From the NCBI GenBank assembly GCA_024231955.1, contig JAAEPZ010000591.1:98453-162452 (forward strand): 64,000 bases of DNA. Direction: 5' to 3'. The notes under the pieces were generated by a model. The model did no database searches. It was not told where the DNA came from and saw only the letters and a list, made by a program, of their open reading frames with translations. Below, piece after piece: positions 29,039 through 39,587 of the stretch. Every line of letters starts with the position of its first letter. Within the stretch, counting starts at the first letter, position 1. The position numbers and the translations under genes are program-made. The stretch comes from a bacterium. GTDB taxonomy: Bacteria > Krumholzibacteriota > Krumholzibacteriia > JACNKJ01.

Positions 29039-30324
29039 GAGGTCACCTCCTTGCCCTTACGCCAGGTTTCGTCAAGCAGTCCGGTGGCCAGAGCCAGCTT
29101 AACCGTGTGCTGTGCCCGTTTGACCACGGGTGCGTCGATCATCTTGCTCCCCAGGCTGACGACCCCCAGGCCGCGCGCCTCGGCATCCTCGAAGGCCTCC
29201 ACGATCCGGCAGGCCTTTTTGACCTCCGCCGTTTCGGGGGCGAAAGCCTGGTTGACCACCGCGATCTGACGGGGATGGATGCACCCCTTGCCGTCGAAGC
29301 CGAGTCTCTTGGCCTCAAGTACGCTTTGACGCAGCCCCTCCTGGTCGCCCACGTCGCTGAAAACGGTATCGATGGGCTGCAGCCTGGCGGCCCGGGCCGC
29401 ATTGATGCACTGTCCGCGCATCCAGCGGCTCTCCTCACCCTCAAGCGTCCGCTGCACGCCGATGTCGGCGGTATAGTCCTCCAGACCAATGGCCACGGCC
29501 ACGTTGTTCGCGGATGCGCGGCAGATATCCAGCGCCTGCAGTGCTCCCAGGGCGCTTTCGATGATCGGCATCAGCCACACCGGCTCGGTGCGTCCGCAGG
29601 CCGCGCTGACCTCGGCGATCTTGGCGTCGATCAGTTTCAACTCCTCGGGGGTTTCGATTTTGGGTGCCAGGACAAGTTGCACGCCGTGGGGGACGATCCA
29701 CTCGAGGTCATCGAGACCGCGTTGACCCTGATTGATCCTCACCATGAGTTCGGCCTTGCCGAAATCGATTGCACGGAGGGCGTTGCGCACCACGATCCGA
29801 GCCGAATCCTTCTGGGTGGCGGCCACGGCATCCTCCAGGTCGAGGATGACCGCATCGGGATTGTGCAGGCCCGCGTTGATGAAAAGTCGGGGGGTATTGC
29901 CGGGCAGGTACAGACGACTGCGCCGGAAGCGGTCCCGGGCCGATGGGGTGGGATTTGCCCGTTGCTCCGGCAGGATCTCGGCCCGCAACTCGCCCAGGGC
30001 GCGTCGCGCGGCGACCTCGAGCCGGGCATCGATGACGAACGGCAGGGCCCCCGTATCCTCCATCTCGACTCGCGCATGCTCGATGCCCAGAGTCGTCAGT
30101 CCCCTGAGCAGCTGTTCGCGGATGGAGTCACCGTACATGGACTCCACCTTCGAACTCACCTCCAGCTCAATGCCGCCACTATTTCTGATCTCTAGATCGA
30201 TCCAGCAGTCGGAGCGCACATTCTTGCCGCGCACACCGGCTTCGGCTCTGCCTGTACTCATGTAGGTTGTCTCCCGGCTAGGTGTTGATCGGATACCGTG
30301 AACCCATGATTTCACTATTACCAT
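29035..30324 (-). CDS. citE: Citrate lyase gamma (acyl-carrier, CitD) fused to beta (citryl-CoA lyase, CitE, HpcH/HpaI fold)
   Basis: N-terminal roughly 100 aa resemble CitD (AEAGVRGKNVRSD...EDTGALPFVIDARLEVAARRA). Remainder is CitE (YLPGNTPRLFINAG...ILDLEDAV...GLEDYTADIG...GFDGKGCIHPRQI). 4-nt overlap with citF. Start may be the internal ATG near 30261. Confidence 0.75.
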   Translation of the reverse strand: MVIVKSWVHGIRSTPSRETTYMSTGRAEAGVRGKNVRSDCWIDLEIRNSGGIELEVSSKVESMYGDSIREQLLRGLTTLGIEHARVEMEDTGALPFVIDARLEVAARRALGELRAEILPEQRANPTPSARDRFRRSRLYLPGNTPRLFINAGLHNPDAVILDLEDAVAATQKDSARIVVRNALRAIDFGKAELMVRINQGQRGLDDLEWIVPHGVQLVLAPKIETPEELKLIDAKIAEVSAACGRTEPVWLMPIIESALGALQALDICRASANNVAVAIGLEDYTADIGVQRTLEGEESRWMRGQCINAARAARLQPIDTVFSDVGDQEGLRQSVLEAKRLGFDGKGCIHPRQIAVVNQAFAPETAEVKKACRIVEAFEDAEARGLGVVSLGSKMIDAPVVKRAQHTVKLALATGLLDETWRKGKEVTS

Positions 30325-30398
30325 TTTGCGTCCGTCGAGGCAATGGACATCGACTCCCGACTCCGGAAACCTCGCCTCCGTACGATCCGCCGCTTCGC

Positions 30399-31316
30399 TC
30401 AGAGTGTGTCGCTGAAGAAAAGCAGAGTGACGCCACCCAGCGCAATCAGGGTGCCCAGCACGGCCCGGAGGCCGATCCGCTCACCGAAAACGATACGTCC
30501 GATCGGCAGCAGGAATACGGGCGGCAGCGCCATGAGGGTGCAGGCGACACCCACCTCTGTGTATTTCAACGCGACCAGCGAGAGGTAGACGCCAATCGCC
30601 GGGCCGGCCATTGTGCCCCCGGCGGTGAAGAGGATGCTGCGCGGACGGGTGCGGAAGGTGCGGATCGTGGATCCGATCCGCTTGCTGAACAGGGCTATGA
30701 GCCAGAGCGCCAACGCCCCCGCGCAGATACGGATCGTCAGACCCGAGAGGGCCGGGATATCGCCGAAGAGCCCCTTTTTGGCGGTTATCATCCCCAGCGC
30801 CTGCCCGACGGCGCCGCCGGAGGCGAAGAGCAGACCGCGCAGGTAGTGACGGGTGTGGGTGTCGGCGCCCGTCTGCCCGTTGCGGTCGGAGACGACCCAG
30901 ATCACGCCGCTAAGCGTAATGAATATCGCCAGGATCTTCATGCCGGCAAGCGTTTCGCCGAGCCAGAGCCGGGCGATCAGGACAGCTACGATTGGGGAGA
31001 GGCTGAAGACGAGCATGGTCAGACGGGTACCGATCATCACAAAGGCTTTGAAGAGGCAGGCATCGCCGAGCACGAAACCGATCAATCCCGACAGGCTGAG
31101 CCAGAACCAGCGCTCGCCGCCCGCGTCAAGGGGCAACGGTGAGCCGAAGATGATGCCGTGCAGCATGAGCATCAACAGCGCCGCGAGCAGGAGGCGGAGG
31201 CGATTGACGTTCTGCGAGCCCGCCAAACGACCGGCCAGAGTGAACAGCGTCGGTCCTATCGCCAGAAAGAGGGAGGAGGTCAGTCCGGCCAACTCGCCGA
31301 TGTAGCGCAGGGGCAT
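30399..31316 (-). CDS. EamA/DMT-family transporter
   Basis: Two EamA repeats and 10 predicted TM helices. I chose ATG 31316 (MPLRYIGELAGL...) over the longer track ORF, whose N-terminal extension is non-hydrophobic Arg/Cys-rich. Confidence 0.7.
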   Translation of the reverse strand: MPLRYIGELAGLTSSLFLAIGPTLFTLAGRLAGSQNVNRLRLLLAALLMLMLHGIIFGSPLPLDAGGERWFWLSLSGLIGFVLGDACLFKAFVMIGTRLTMLVFSLSPIVAVLIARLWLGETLAGMKILAIFITLSGVIWVVSDRNGQTGADTHTRHYLRGLLFASGGAVGQALGMITAKKGLFGDIPALSGLTIRICAGALALWLIALFSKRIGSTIRTFRTRPRSILFTAGGTMAGPAIGVYLSLVALKYTEVGVACTLMALPPVFLLPIGRIVFGERIGLRAVLGTLIALGGVTLLFFSDTL

Positions 31317-31615
31317 GTGGAATCTCCGAGCTTGGGTGTTCCGCATCAATCCGGGGAGTCGCCAAACGGGTATATGGTCGTCCGGATGAAGGTCTGGAGG
31401 AATGTATCGATAATCGGGGCAGGTGGATAGTCCCGACTGGTCATCTCTGTGGGAAATCCCCGCAAACCGATGAGGGGCGGGGGTTCTCGCGATCCGGCTT
31501 GGTCGGATACCTGACGGGTTTGCGGATCCGTGGATCCTGCACCTGACGAATCGGCAAACAGAAGAGCCGAGTTCCAAAGGGAACCCGGCTCATCGATTCG
31601 GACATCCGGTCGGAC

Positions 31616-33421
31616 TCAGGCTTTGAGCAGCCCGCCCCGCTGGTAGATACCCAATTGTACCTCACTGCAGGGGAGCCCCTCGACGACGCTGCCGTCGGCG
31701 CGGGTGATCTTGCCCGTCGTCAGATCCACCTCGATCGTCTCGCCATCGGCGATGTCCGTCGCCAACAGGTCGGCCGACAGGATCGGCAGCCCCGCATTGA
31801 CGGCATTGCGCTCGTAGATCGCCCCGTAACTCTTGGCGACGATCATGGGCATGCCCAGCGAGGTGAAGCAGTCCACCGCCTGCTGCCGGCTGCTGCCAGC
31901 GCCGAAGTTGCCGCCCGTAACCAGAATATCCCCGGGCTCGACGCGGGTGGAGAAATCCTCCCAGCCCTCGAGGTTGTCCATGGCGTACTGACCCATCTCG
32001 GCGATGTCCGTGATCGTCAGGTAGCGGTTGTGGAAGATCATATCGGTGTCGATGTTGTCCTGCCGGATCACCCACACGCGCCCCTTGATCGTGGTCGGTT
32101 TGCCGCTGCCGCCGCTCACCTCGCCCCGCTTGGCGGCCGGAGTGGGGGCCGTGCCCATCTCAAACCTCTTCGGCTCGGCGGGGATCGCGTCTTCGCTGCA
32201 GACGAACCCGCTCACCGCGCTGGCGGCCACGGTCGCCGGGCTGGCAAGGTAGACCTCGCCCTTGCCCTGTTTGCCCGTGAAGTTGCGGTTGCCCGAGGAG
32301 ATGGTGACCTCGCCGGGGCCGTTCATGCCGATCTGTCCGGCGGCGCAACCCGCGCAACCGGCGTTGCCGATCAGGGCACCGGCCCCTTTGTAGATCTCGA
32401 TCAGCCCCTCATCGAGTGCCTGCTGCCAGACGGCATCGGTGCTGGGGACGATCTTGAGAACAACGCCAGGCGCAACCTTGCGGCCGGTGAGCACGCGGGC
32501 TGCGGCGCGGAGGTCGGTGATGCGACCATTGGTGCAGCTGCCGATGAAAGCCGAGTCGATCTTCCGTTCGGACAGACCGGCAATCGTTGCCGCATTGTCC
32601 GGGTTGCCCGGAAGCGCGACCATGGGGGCGAGTTCGTCGAGGTTGATCTCAACGGTTTTGGCGTAGGTGGCGTCCGCATCGGGATACACCGGCTCGAAGT
32701 CGACTCCGCCGTTGGTGCGACAGTATTCCAGCACCTTGTCGTTGGGCGGGAACAGGGCGATGATCGCACCCATCTCGGTGGCCATGGAGGCGATGGTCAC
32801 ACGCTCATCGACACCCAGAGTGTCGACATACTCGCCGTGGAACTCGGCTGCGTGGCTCAGCAGTCCGGCGGCGCCCAATTCGCCGAGAATCTTGAGTACG
32901 ATATCCTTGGCCGAGGCCATTTCACCGGGCTCGCCGGTGAGCACGACCTTGATGGTCGGCGGCAGTTTGAACCAGGTGCGGCCGAAGGCCCAGACGTGGG
33001 CCATGTCCACATCGCCCAGCCCCTGGCCGAAGGCGCCCACGGCACCGACGATGTTGGCGTGGCTGTCGGTGGAGACCATCGTGCAGCCGGGCACCACGAT
33101 CCCCGCTTCGAGCGTGGCGTGAGTGCCGATGCCGCGATCGATATCGTAGATCTCGATCCCCTCCTTGCGGGCATAGAGGCGGCAACGCTGCTGGTTCGCC
33201 GCGTATTTCTGATCACTGCCCGTAGGGTTGCAGTCGAAGGTGAAGAAGGTGCGGCTCGGGTCATCGAGACCGAGGCCGTTGTCCTCCATGTTCTTGACGA
33301 CATTGGCGCCGCCGAAATCGCGGGCGACGCGGACATCCACGCTCAGGTCAACAATGTCTCCGGGTTTGGCCTGGCCGCCGGAGTGTGCGCTGAGGATCTT
33401 TTCGATCAGAGTCTGGCCCAT
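31616..33421 (-). CDS. Aconitase-family hydratase, fused LeuC-like large and LeuD-like small domains (3-isopropylmalate/homoaconitate/aconitate hydratase type)
   Basis: 601 aa. Fe-S ligand region GSCTNGRITD...GNAGCAGCAAG. Swivel/LeuD-like C-terminal domain (VTGGNFGAGSSRQQA). Substrate cannot be assigned from sequence. Confidence 0.8.
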   Translation of the reverse strand: MGQTLIEKILSAHSGGQAKPGDIVDLSVDVRVARDFGGANVVKNMEDNGLGLDDPSRTFFTFDCNPTGSDQKYAANQQRCRLYARKEGIEIYDIDRGIGTHATLEAGIVVPGCTMVSTDSHANIVGAVGAFGQGLGDVDMAHVWAFGRTWFKLPPTIKVVLTGEPGEMASAKDIVLKILGELGAAGLLSHAAEFHGEYVDTLGVDERVTIASMATEMGAIIALFPPNDKVLEYCRTNGGVDFEPVYPDADATYAKTVEINLDELAPMVALPGNPDNAATIAGLSERKIDSAFIGSCTNGRITDLRAAARVLTGRKVAPGVVLKIVPSTDAVWQQALDEGLIEIYKGAGALIGNAGCAGCAAGQIGMNGPGEVTISSGNRNFTGKQGKGEVYLASPATVAASAVSGFVCSEDAIPAEPKRFEMGTAPTPAAKRGEVSGGSGKPTTIKGRVWVIRQDNIDTDMIFHNRYLTITDIAEMGQYAMDNLEGWEDFSTRVEPGDILVTGGNFGAGSSRQQAVDCFTSLGMPMIVAKSYGAIYERNAVNAGLPILSADLLATDIADGETIEVDLTTGKITRADGSVVEGLPCSEVQLGIYQRGGLLKA

Positions 33422-33534
33422 GTCTTCTCCTGGGATCTCCCCATCTGAAGTTCGTGGTTGGCGATCCGCCGAAGGGCGGATCTTATGGGGCTACAATGAA
33501 AGAGATTTCCCGATGGGGGCAAGAGAAAACGGAG

Positions 33535-34113
33535 TCAGAATGGCCTGAAACCGCTGCGCATCACCAGCTCCGAGGCCTCCTGTTCGTAGTCTCGGGCGCC
33601 GGTGGCCTGGAGAGTGAATCCGTCGCAGATGGACTCGGCGTCCAACTGGGGGCAGCCGGCGCAGGCGCGGAGCTTGCGGTCGCTCCGCAGATGGAAGTAG
33701 ATGCGCCAGAACAGGAGGAGCGTTGTGAGGCTCGCAGCCCCGATCCAGGAGCTGCCGTCAAGCGCAACGGCGAGACTCAGAGGGGGGAGAGCTCCGGCCA
33801 GGAAGCGGAGGATGTCCCGCAAACCTCGGGGCAACCGTTTGTAGATTCCCGGAGCGGAGAGGGTCAAAAGGGGAATGAGGAGGCCGAGGAGCGGACCACC
33901 CGCCGGAATCGCCCTGCCGGCGGGGGGGACCGACAGGACGATTCCAACGATAATGCCCAACCAGGCGCAGACGCAGCTGCGGCAAAGGTGGATGTCGCCC
34001 AGGATCAGAACATCCTGAGCGAATCTTGAGCAGAGCGGCTTATGAGCCCAGTTGAAGCGCCAGGAGTGCTTGAGCCAGAGCATCTGCAACCGGATGCGTG
34101 TAGCGAGGCTCAT
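33535..34113 (-). CDS. Hypothetical polytopic membrane protein with paired Cys motifs
   Basis: 192 aa. Several hydrophobic helices. CxxC pairs (CRSCVC, CAGCP). Confidence 0.45.
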   Translation of the reverse strand: MSLATRIRLQMLWLKHSWRFNWAHKPLCSRFAQDVLILGDIHLCRSCVCAWLGIIVGIVLSVPPAGRAIPAGGPLLGLLIPLLTLSAPGIYKRLPRGLRDILRFLAGALPPLSLAVALDGSSWIGAASLTTLLLFWRIYFHLRSDRKLRACAGCPQLDAESICDGFTLQATGARDYEQEASELVMRSGFRPF

Positions 34114-34114
34114 G

Positions 34115-34567
34115 CTATTTTTTCGCCACGGTGTCGATGTGCTCCTCTATGTCGGCGAGGATGTTGCCGATAGCGCCGACGGGCACGTAACCGATCACGG
34201 GACGGATTAAGACTGCCGTGCCGTGCACGACCACCTGGGAGGCCCCCTCCTTTGCCCCTGCGAGTGCGAACTCCACGTTGATGATGCCGTTGGCTTTCTG
34301 GCGCGCCGCCATGCCGATCATGCGGTCGATGGATTGCTGCCGCGATTCGTCGCCGAGGCGGGTGTAGGAGTCCAGTTCGCCGCCGGTCATCTGCTTGCAG
34401 TTCATGGCGCAGTCCTGCCCCATGTCCTTGGCGCGGACGGAGATACCCCAGACCATCCCCTTGTATTCCATGATTTCATAACCGTCGAAACCATCGGCGC
34501 CGGAGAGGATAATCCGACCACCGGTTATCTCAGGTCTGGTTCCCGCAAGCAGATCGTCCCGTTTCAT
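34115..34567 (-). CDS. YbjQ/UPF0145-family protein
   Basis: 150 aa. Aligns with the YbjQ family (EYKGMVWG...GGELDSY...ANGIINV...HGTAVLIR). Confidence 0.6.
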   Translation of the reverse strand: MKRDDLLAGTRPEITGGRIILSGADGFDGYEIMEYKGMVWGISVRAKDMGQDCAMNCKQMTGGELDSYTRLGDESRQQSIDRMIGMAARQKANGIINVEFALAGAKEGASQVVVHGTAVLIRPVIGYVPVGAIGNILADIEEHIDTVAKK

Positions 34568-34580
34568 ATCAATCTCCTGT

Positions 34581-34769
34581 TCAGGCTTCCTGTTTCAGCT
34601 CGACGCCGCACATTCCGCAGTACTTGGCATTCAGGTATTCGGTCGAGATACGTTCGCCGCACTGGGGGCAGCGGTAGCGTCTGCGGGACATGAAGGCGAA
34701 GAAGAAGAGCAGGATCGCCAGTCCCAATGTGAATAAACCGCCTACGATATAGAGAACCAACACCCACAT
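34581..34769 (-). CDS. Small membrane protein with C-terminal zinc-ribbon (TM + CPxCG...CGxCG)
   Basis: 62 aa. MWVLVLYIVGGLFTLGLAILLFFFAF then CPQCGERIS...YCGMCG. Confidence 0.4.
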   Translation of the reverse strand: MWVLVLYIVGGLFTLGLAILLFFFAFMSRRRYRCPQCGERISTEYLNAKYCGMCGVELKQEA

Positions 34770-35007
34770 GTCGTCTCCTTACTGTCATCAGTCTGGAATA
34801 TTGCCACGGCTCCTCTACCCGGAAGTGATTGATCTATTCAGAGGGGATAAACAGATATCGATGATCGTACGGGAAGAATCCTGTCGCATTTCCGCGTCAT
34901 GTTGAATATTCTGAACGGAAACCAAAACTATACGTCAACGTTAGCGGAGGTCATTGTCGGCGATTCGGTCGGGGATGCGATTTGAGGGATTCGGAAAGGA
35001 GTTCGGT

Positions 35008-35766
35008 ATGTCGAAGTGGGGCGCAGGCATGGGTGGCTTGTTCGGCTTTTGGGTCGGTGGACCGCTTGGGGCGATAATCGGTGCGGTGGTGGGGAGCTCC
35101 TTCGGCAACAATGGCGAGGCTGCCGGAGCCGGTGTCGGGCGGCAACCGGGGCAGAGCGGCAAGCATCACGCCGTATTCATGGCCACGGTCTTCGCGATGT
35201 TCGGCAAACTGGCCAAGGCCGACGGCAACGTATCCCGCGAAGAGGTCGCGGCGGTGGATGAATTCATCAGCCGCCATCTCAATCTGAATCCCGAGCAGCG
35301 CCGCTTCGCCATAGGCGTCTTCAATGAGGCCAAGGACAACGACACACCCATCGAGGCCTATGCGCGTCAGTTCGCCCAGGTTTACCGCCATGATCATCAG
35401 CTGCGCGAGGCGGTCTACCGGATGATGGTGATGCTCGCCCAGTCCGACGGCGCCATCCACCCCAAAGAGCGGGATATCCTGAAGAGTCTGCCCTATGCAC
35501 TCGGTCTCGATGCCGGGATCTACGAATCTCTCGTCGCCCAGCAGCATGGCGATCTGAAGGGGTTCTACGATCTGCTGGAGGTCTCGCCCGAAGCCAGCGA
35601 TACCGAGGTCAAGAGGGCCTATCACAAGAAGACCGTTGAACATCATCCCGACAAACTGGTGTCCAAGGGGCTGCCCGACAGCTTCATGAAATATGCCGAC
35701 GAGCAGATGAAGCTGATCAACAATGCCTACGACGAGATCATGAAGGCTCGGGAGACTCGCCACTAG
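35008..35766 (+). CDS. djlA: DjlA-type co-chaperone (N-terminal TM, TerB-like domain, C-terminal J domain)
   Basis: J-domain DLLEVSPEASDTEVKRAYHKKTVEHHPDK near the C-terminus, with an N-terminal Gly-rich TM segment. Track ORF starts 54 nt earlier at 34954; start unresolved. Confidence 0.7.
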   Translation: MSKWGAGMGGLFGFWVGGPLGAIIGAVVGSSFGNNGEAAGAGVGRQPGQSGKHHAVFMATVFAMFGKLAKADGNVSREEVAAVDEFISRHLNLNPEQRRFAIGVFNEAKDNDTPIEAYARQFAQVYRHDHQLREAVYRMMVMLAQSDGAIHPKERDILKSLPYALGLDAGIYESLVAQQHGDLKGFYDLLEVSPEASDTEVKRAYHKKTVEHHPDKLVSKGLPDSFMKYADEQMKLINNAYDEIMKARETRH

Positions 35767-35921
35767 GGGACGCCTGACGGCAGGATGGGGCTTGATTTCC
35801 CGAGGGATCTCTGAGAATATGCCCAGTTGATCGATCTTCCGTCCGGAGTCCGTCGGACTCCGTGCGCATCTGTTGCCATCCGGTCAATTCAGAAACAATC
35901 AGGTAGAGACACGGGGCCTCG

Positions 35922-38900
35922 ATGGGCCTGCGTGAGTCCAAGCAGGGGATGATAAAGATGAGTTCCGTCCAGGATAGCCAAGCCCAGGATCGTTACCAGA
36001 TCAAACACCAGATTCGGGTGGTCACCGCCACCAGCCTGTTCGATGGCCACGATGCCGCCATCAACATCATGCGGCGCATGATCCAGGCGGGGGGAGCCGA
36101 GGTTATCCACCTCGGGCACAATCGATCCGTGGCCGAGATCGTTGAGGCGGCCATCGAGGAGGATGCTCAGGCAATCGCCGTCTCCTCCTATCAGGGTGGG
36201 CACAACGAGTTCTTCAAGTACATGCGCGACATGCTGGTCGAGAGGGGCGCGGAGCATATCCGTATCTTCGGCGGCGGCGGCGGCGTGATCCGCCCCGACG
36301 AGATCAAGGATCTGGAGGGGTACGGCATCGAGCGGCTCTACGACCCCGAGCACGGCCGCAAGATGGGGCTGACCGGCATCATCGACGATCTGCTCGAACG
36401 GAGCGACTACCTCACCGTTCAGGTGCCCGGCGGCGGCAAGGGCGAGCGCAAGGGCGCGGCCCTCCCCACTGTCGCCAAGGTGAGTGTCGACGATCATGCC
36501 GCGGTTGCGCGTCTGATCACGCTGGCGGAGATGGGGGGCGACGCCTGGGATCTGGTGGCTGACAAGATCGGCACGCTGGCCAAGCGGAACAACGCACCGG
36601 TGATAGGCGTCACCGGCACCGGCGGCAGCGGCAAGAGCTCGCTGCTCGACGAACTGGTCCGCCGTTTCCGCTTCAGTAACCCCGACAAGAGGGTGGCGCT
36701 GCTCTCCGCCGATCCATCAAAACGACGCACCGGCGGCGCATTGCTGGGCGACCGGATCCGGATGAACGCCATCGAGGGCGAGCAGGTGTACATGCGCTCG
36801 CTGGCGACGCGTGACAGCCGCACCGAGTTGCCCGTGACCATCGAGTCGGCCATCGCGGTGACCCGGGCGGCGGGCTTCGACATGATCTTCGTCGAGACCA
36901 GCGGCATCGGGCAGGGGGATACCGAGGTGGTGGACATCTCGAACGTCTCGCTCTACGTGATGACCTCGGAGTTCGGCGCTCCGACCCAACTCGAAAAGAT
37001 CGACATGATCGACTACGCCGACCTGATCGCGATCAACAAGTACGAGCGCAAGGGGAGCGAGGATGCGCTGCGCGATGTGCGGCGGCAGATGCGCCGTTCG
37101 CACGAGGACTTCAGCGTCGAGTTGGAGGAGCTGCCGATCTACGGCACCATCGCGAGCAAGTTCAATGACGAGGGCGTCAACGGTCTCTACGCCGGATTGA
37201 TTGATGTCATCGCCGCCAAATGCGGCGTCGAATTCAAGTGCGACATTCCGGTCGGCCGGATCTCCCGCACGTCCAGCAGCAAGTCGATCATACCGTCCGA
37301 GCGCACCCGCTACCTGGGTGAGATCGCCGACGCCGTGCGCGGCTACAAGCATCGCGCCCACGAGCGGGCCGAGGTGGCGCGCAAGCTGCAGCATCTGCGC
37401 ACCGCGCAGGCCGAATTGGAGAGCGCGGGGGCCGGCTCGACCCATCTGGTCGACCGGATCGAGGCGCTGGAGCGGGAGTTGGGCGACGAGTCGCTGCAGC
37501 TGCTCGCCGGTTGGGACGACCTGCACGTCGCCTACCGGGGGGATACGTTCAGCTACGTCGTTCGCGGCAAGGAGTTCAAGGTCGATCTCACGACCGAGAC
37601 GCTGTCGGGCACCAGAATCCCGAAGGTGATCGTGCCGCAACTGCACGACCACGGCGACCGCCTCGAGTATCTGATGCTGGAGAATGTCCCCGGGTGCTTC
37701 CCCTACACCGCCGGGGTGTTCCCCTTCAAGCGGCAGGGTGAGGATCCCAAGCGGCAGTTCGCGGGCGAGGGCGGTCCGGTGAAAACCAATACCCGTTTCC
37801 ACTACCTCTGCCGCGCCGACGACGCCAAGCGGCTCTCGACCGCTTTTGATTCGGTGACGCTCTACGGGCAGGATCCGGACGAACGCCCGGACATCCACGG
37901 CAAGGTGGGGGATTCCGGCGTCTCGATCTGTTCGCTGGAGGACATCAAGAAACTCTACGCCGGGTTCGACCTGTGCGCGCCGAGCACATCGGTGTCTATG
38001 ACGGTCAATGGCCCCGCGCCGATGATGCTGGCCTTCTTCCTCAACTCGGCCATCGATCAGCAGGTGGAGTTCTTCAAGGAGAGAGAGGGGCGCGAGCCCG
38101 CAGCCGCCGAGTATGAGGAGATTCGAGTTCGCACTCTGAGCACGGTGCGCGGCACGGTGCAGGCCGATATCCTGAAAGAGGATCAGGCGCAGAATACCTG
38201 CATCTTCTCGACCGATTTTGCGCTGCGGATGATGGGTGACATCCAGGAGTACTTCATCGCAAACAATGTGAAGAACTACTACTCGGTATCGATCTCCGGC
38301 TACCACATCGCCGAAGCTGGGGCCAACCCGATCACCCAGACTGCGCTGACGCTGGCCAACGGCTTCACCTTCGTCGAATACTATCTTTCGCGTGGGCTCA
38401 AGATCGACGACTTCGCGCCGAGTCTGTCCTATTTCTTCTCCAACGGCATGGATGCGGAGTATACCGTGATCGGACGTGTGGCGCGGCGAATCTGGTCCAT
38501 CGCCATGCGCGATCTCTACAGCGGCAACGACCGCAGTCAGAAGCTGAAGTATCACATCCAGACCTCCGGCCGCTCGCTGCATGCTCAGGAGATGGACTTC
38601 AACGATATCCGCACCACGCTGCAGGCGCTGCTGGCGTTCTACGACAACTGCAATTCGCTGCACACCAACTCCTACGACGAGGCGATCACCACACCCACCG
38701 AGGAGTCGGTGCGGCGGGCGATGGCGATTCAGATGATCACGCTGAAGGAGTTCGGTTTGACGAAGAACGAGCATCCCTGGCAGGGGTCGTACATCGCCGA
38801 AGAGCTGACCGAACTGGTGGAGGAGGCGATCCTGAGCGAGTTCGAGCGGCTGAGCGAGCGGGGCGGCGTGCTGGGCGCGATGGAGACGCAGTATCAGCGC

Positions 38901-39251
38901 GGCAAGATCCAGGACGAGTCGATGGTGTACGAGCATCGCAAGCATACGGGCGAATTGCCGATCATCGGGGTGAACACCTACCTCAAGGAGGGGGACGATG
39001 ATCTCATCGCCGCCGACATCGAATTGAGGCGGGCCACTCCCGAGGAGAAGGCCGAGCAGATCGCCAACCTGCGCGCCATGCAGAAGCGCAACACCGAGAA
39101 GACCGAGGAGACCCTGGGCAAGTTGAAGAGGGTGGCGCTCGAAGGCGGCAACATCTTCGAGCAGATGATGGAGACCGCGCGCTACGCATCGCTGGCCGAG
39201 ATCTCCAACGCCCTCTACGAGGTGGGCGGGCAGTATCGCCGCAACATGTAG
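35922..39251 (+). CDS. icmF: Fused isobutyryl-CoA mutase (B12-binding domain + MeaB-like G-protein + mutase substrate domain)
   Basis: 1109 aa. B12 motif [14 protein letters not shown]-loop [19 protein letters not shown]. Long methylmalonyl-CoA-mutase-like catalytic domain. Exact start among several N-terminal Met is uncertain. Confidence 0.85.
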   Translation: MGLRESKQGMIKMSSVQDSQAQDRYQIKHQIRVVTATSLFDGHDAAINIMRRMIQAGGAEVIHLGHNRSVAEIVEAAIEEDAQAIAVSSYQGGHNEFFKYMRDMLVERGAEHIRIFGGGGGVIRPDEIKDLEGYGIERLYDPEHGRKMGLTGIIDDLLERSDYLTVQVPGGGKGERKGAALPTVAKVSVDDHAAVARLITLAEMGGDAWDLVADKIGTLAKRNNAPVIGVTGTGGSGKSSLLDELVRRFRFSNPDKRVALLSADPSKRRTGGALLGDRIRMNAIEGEQVYMRSLATRDSRTELPVTIESAIAVTRAAGFDMIFVETSGIGQGDTEVVDISNVSLYVMTSEFGAPTQLEKIDMIDYADLIAINKYERKGSEDALRDVRRQMRRSHEDFSVELEELPIYGTIASKFNDEGVNGLYAGLIDVIAAKCGVEFKCDIPVGRISRTSSSKSIIPSERTRYLGEIADAVRGYKHRAHERAEVARKLQHLRTAQAELESAGAGSTHLVDRIEALERELGDESLQLLAGWDDLHVAYRGDTFSYVVRGKEFKVDLTTETLSGTRIPKVIVPQLHDHGDRLEYLMLENVPGCFPYTAGVFPFKRQGEDPKRQFAGEGGPVKTNTRFHYLCRADDAKRLSTAFDSVTLYGQDPDERPDIHGKVGDSGVSICSLEDIKKLYAGFDLCAPSTSVSMTVNGPAPMMLAFFLNSAIDQQVEFFKEREGREPAAAEYEEIRVRTLSTVRGTVQADILKEDQAQNTCIFSTDFALRMMGDIQEYFIANNVKNYYSVSISGYHIAEAGANPITQTALTLANGFTFVEYYLSRGLKIDDFAPSLSYFFSNGMDAEYTVIGRVARRIWSIAMRDLYSGNDRSQKLKYHIQTSGRSLHAQEMDFNDIRTTLQALLAFYDNCNSLHTNSYDEAITTPTEESVRRAMAIQMITLKEFGLTKNEHPWQGSYIAEELTELVEEAILSEFERLSERGGVLGAMETQYQRGKIQDESMVYEHRKHTGELPIIGVNTYLKEGDDDLIAADIELRRATPEEKAEQIANLRAMQKRNTEKTEETLGKLKRVALEGGNIFEQMMETARYASLAEISNALYEVGGQYRRNM

Positions 39252-39276
39252 ATCGCGGGCGATCGTTGATTATTGA

Positions 39277-39305
39277 CCCCGGCTCTTTCGAGTCGGGGTT
39301 TTTCT
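39277..39305 (+). terminator. Rho-independent terminator after icmF
   Basis: CCCCGGCTC-tttc-GAGTCGGGG followed by TTTTTCTTCG. Confidence 0.55.
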
Positions 39306-39587
39306 TCGCATCCGTTCTGGGAGATAACTGATTCATGAGCCTGGCACGTATTGCCGATTGTTGACATGGGCCATGTCGATATGGTCAAATTATCCGTCAT
39401 TACGCTATTGGCGACCGATTGATCCCTCCCGGTTAATCAATGATCCCAATAATGATGCCGCTGCGGACTCCAGGAATCGCGGTGCGGTTCTCGTGCTCGT
39501 ACCCGGTATTGATCTACCGCCGAACGATACAGCTCCATACATTCGCTCGGAGGTTTTCGAATATATGACTCAGACAGGAGCGCACCC

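Noticed and set aside
39330-39388. Possible sigma54 promoter (cTGGCACGtatTGCc) and nested inverted repeats TTGAC/GTCAA and GACATGG-g-CCATGTC upstream of the PAS-NDT gene.
   Set aside because: The GG-to-GC spacing is 2 nt shorter than the strict sigma54 -24/-12 consensus, so I do not call it a sigma54 promoter. The palindromes may be an operator, but a single occurrence cannot be distinguished from chance, so it is only mentioned in a finding.
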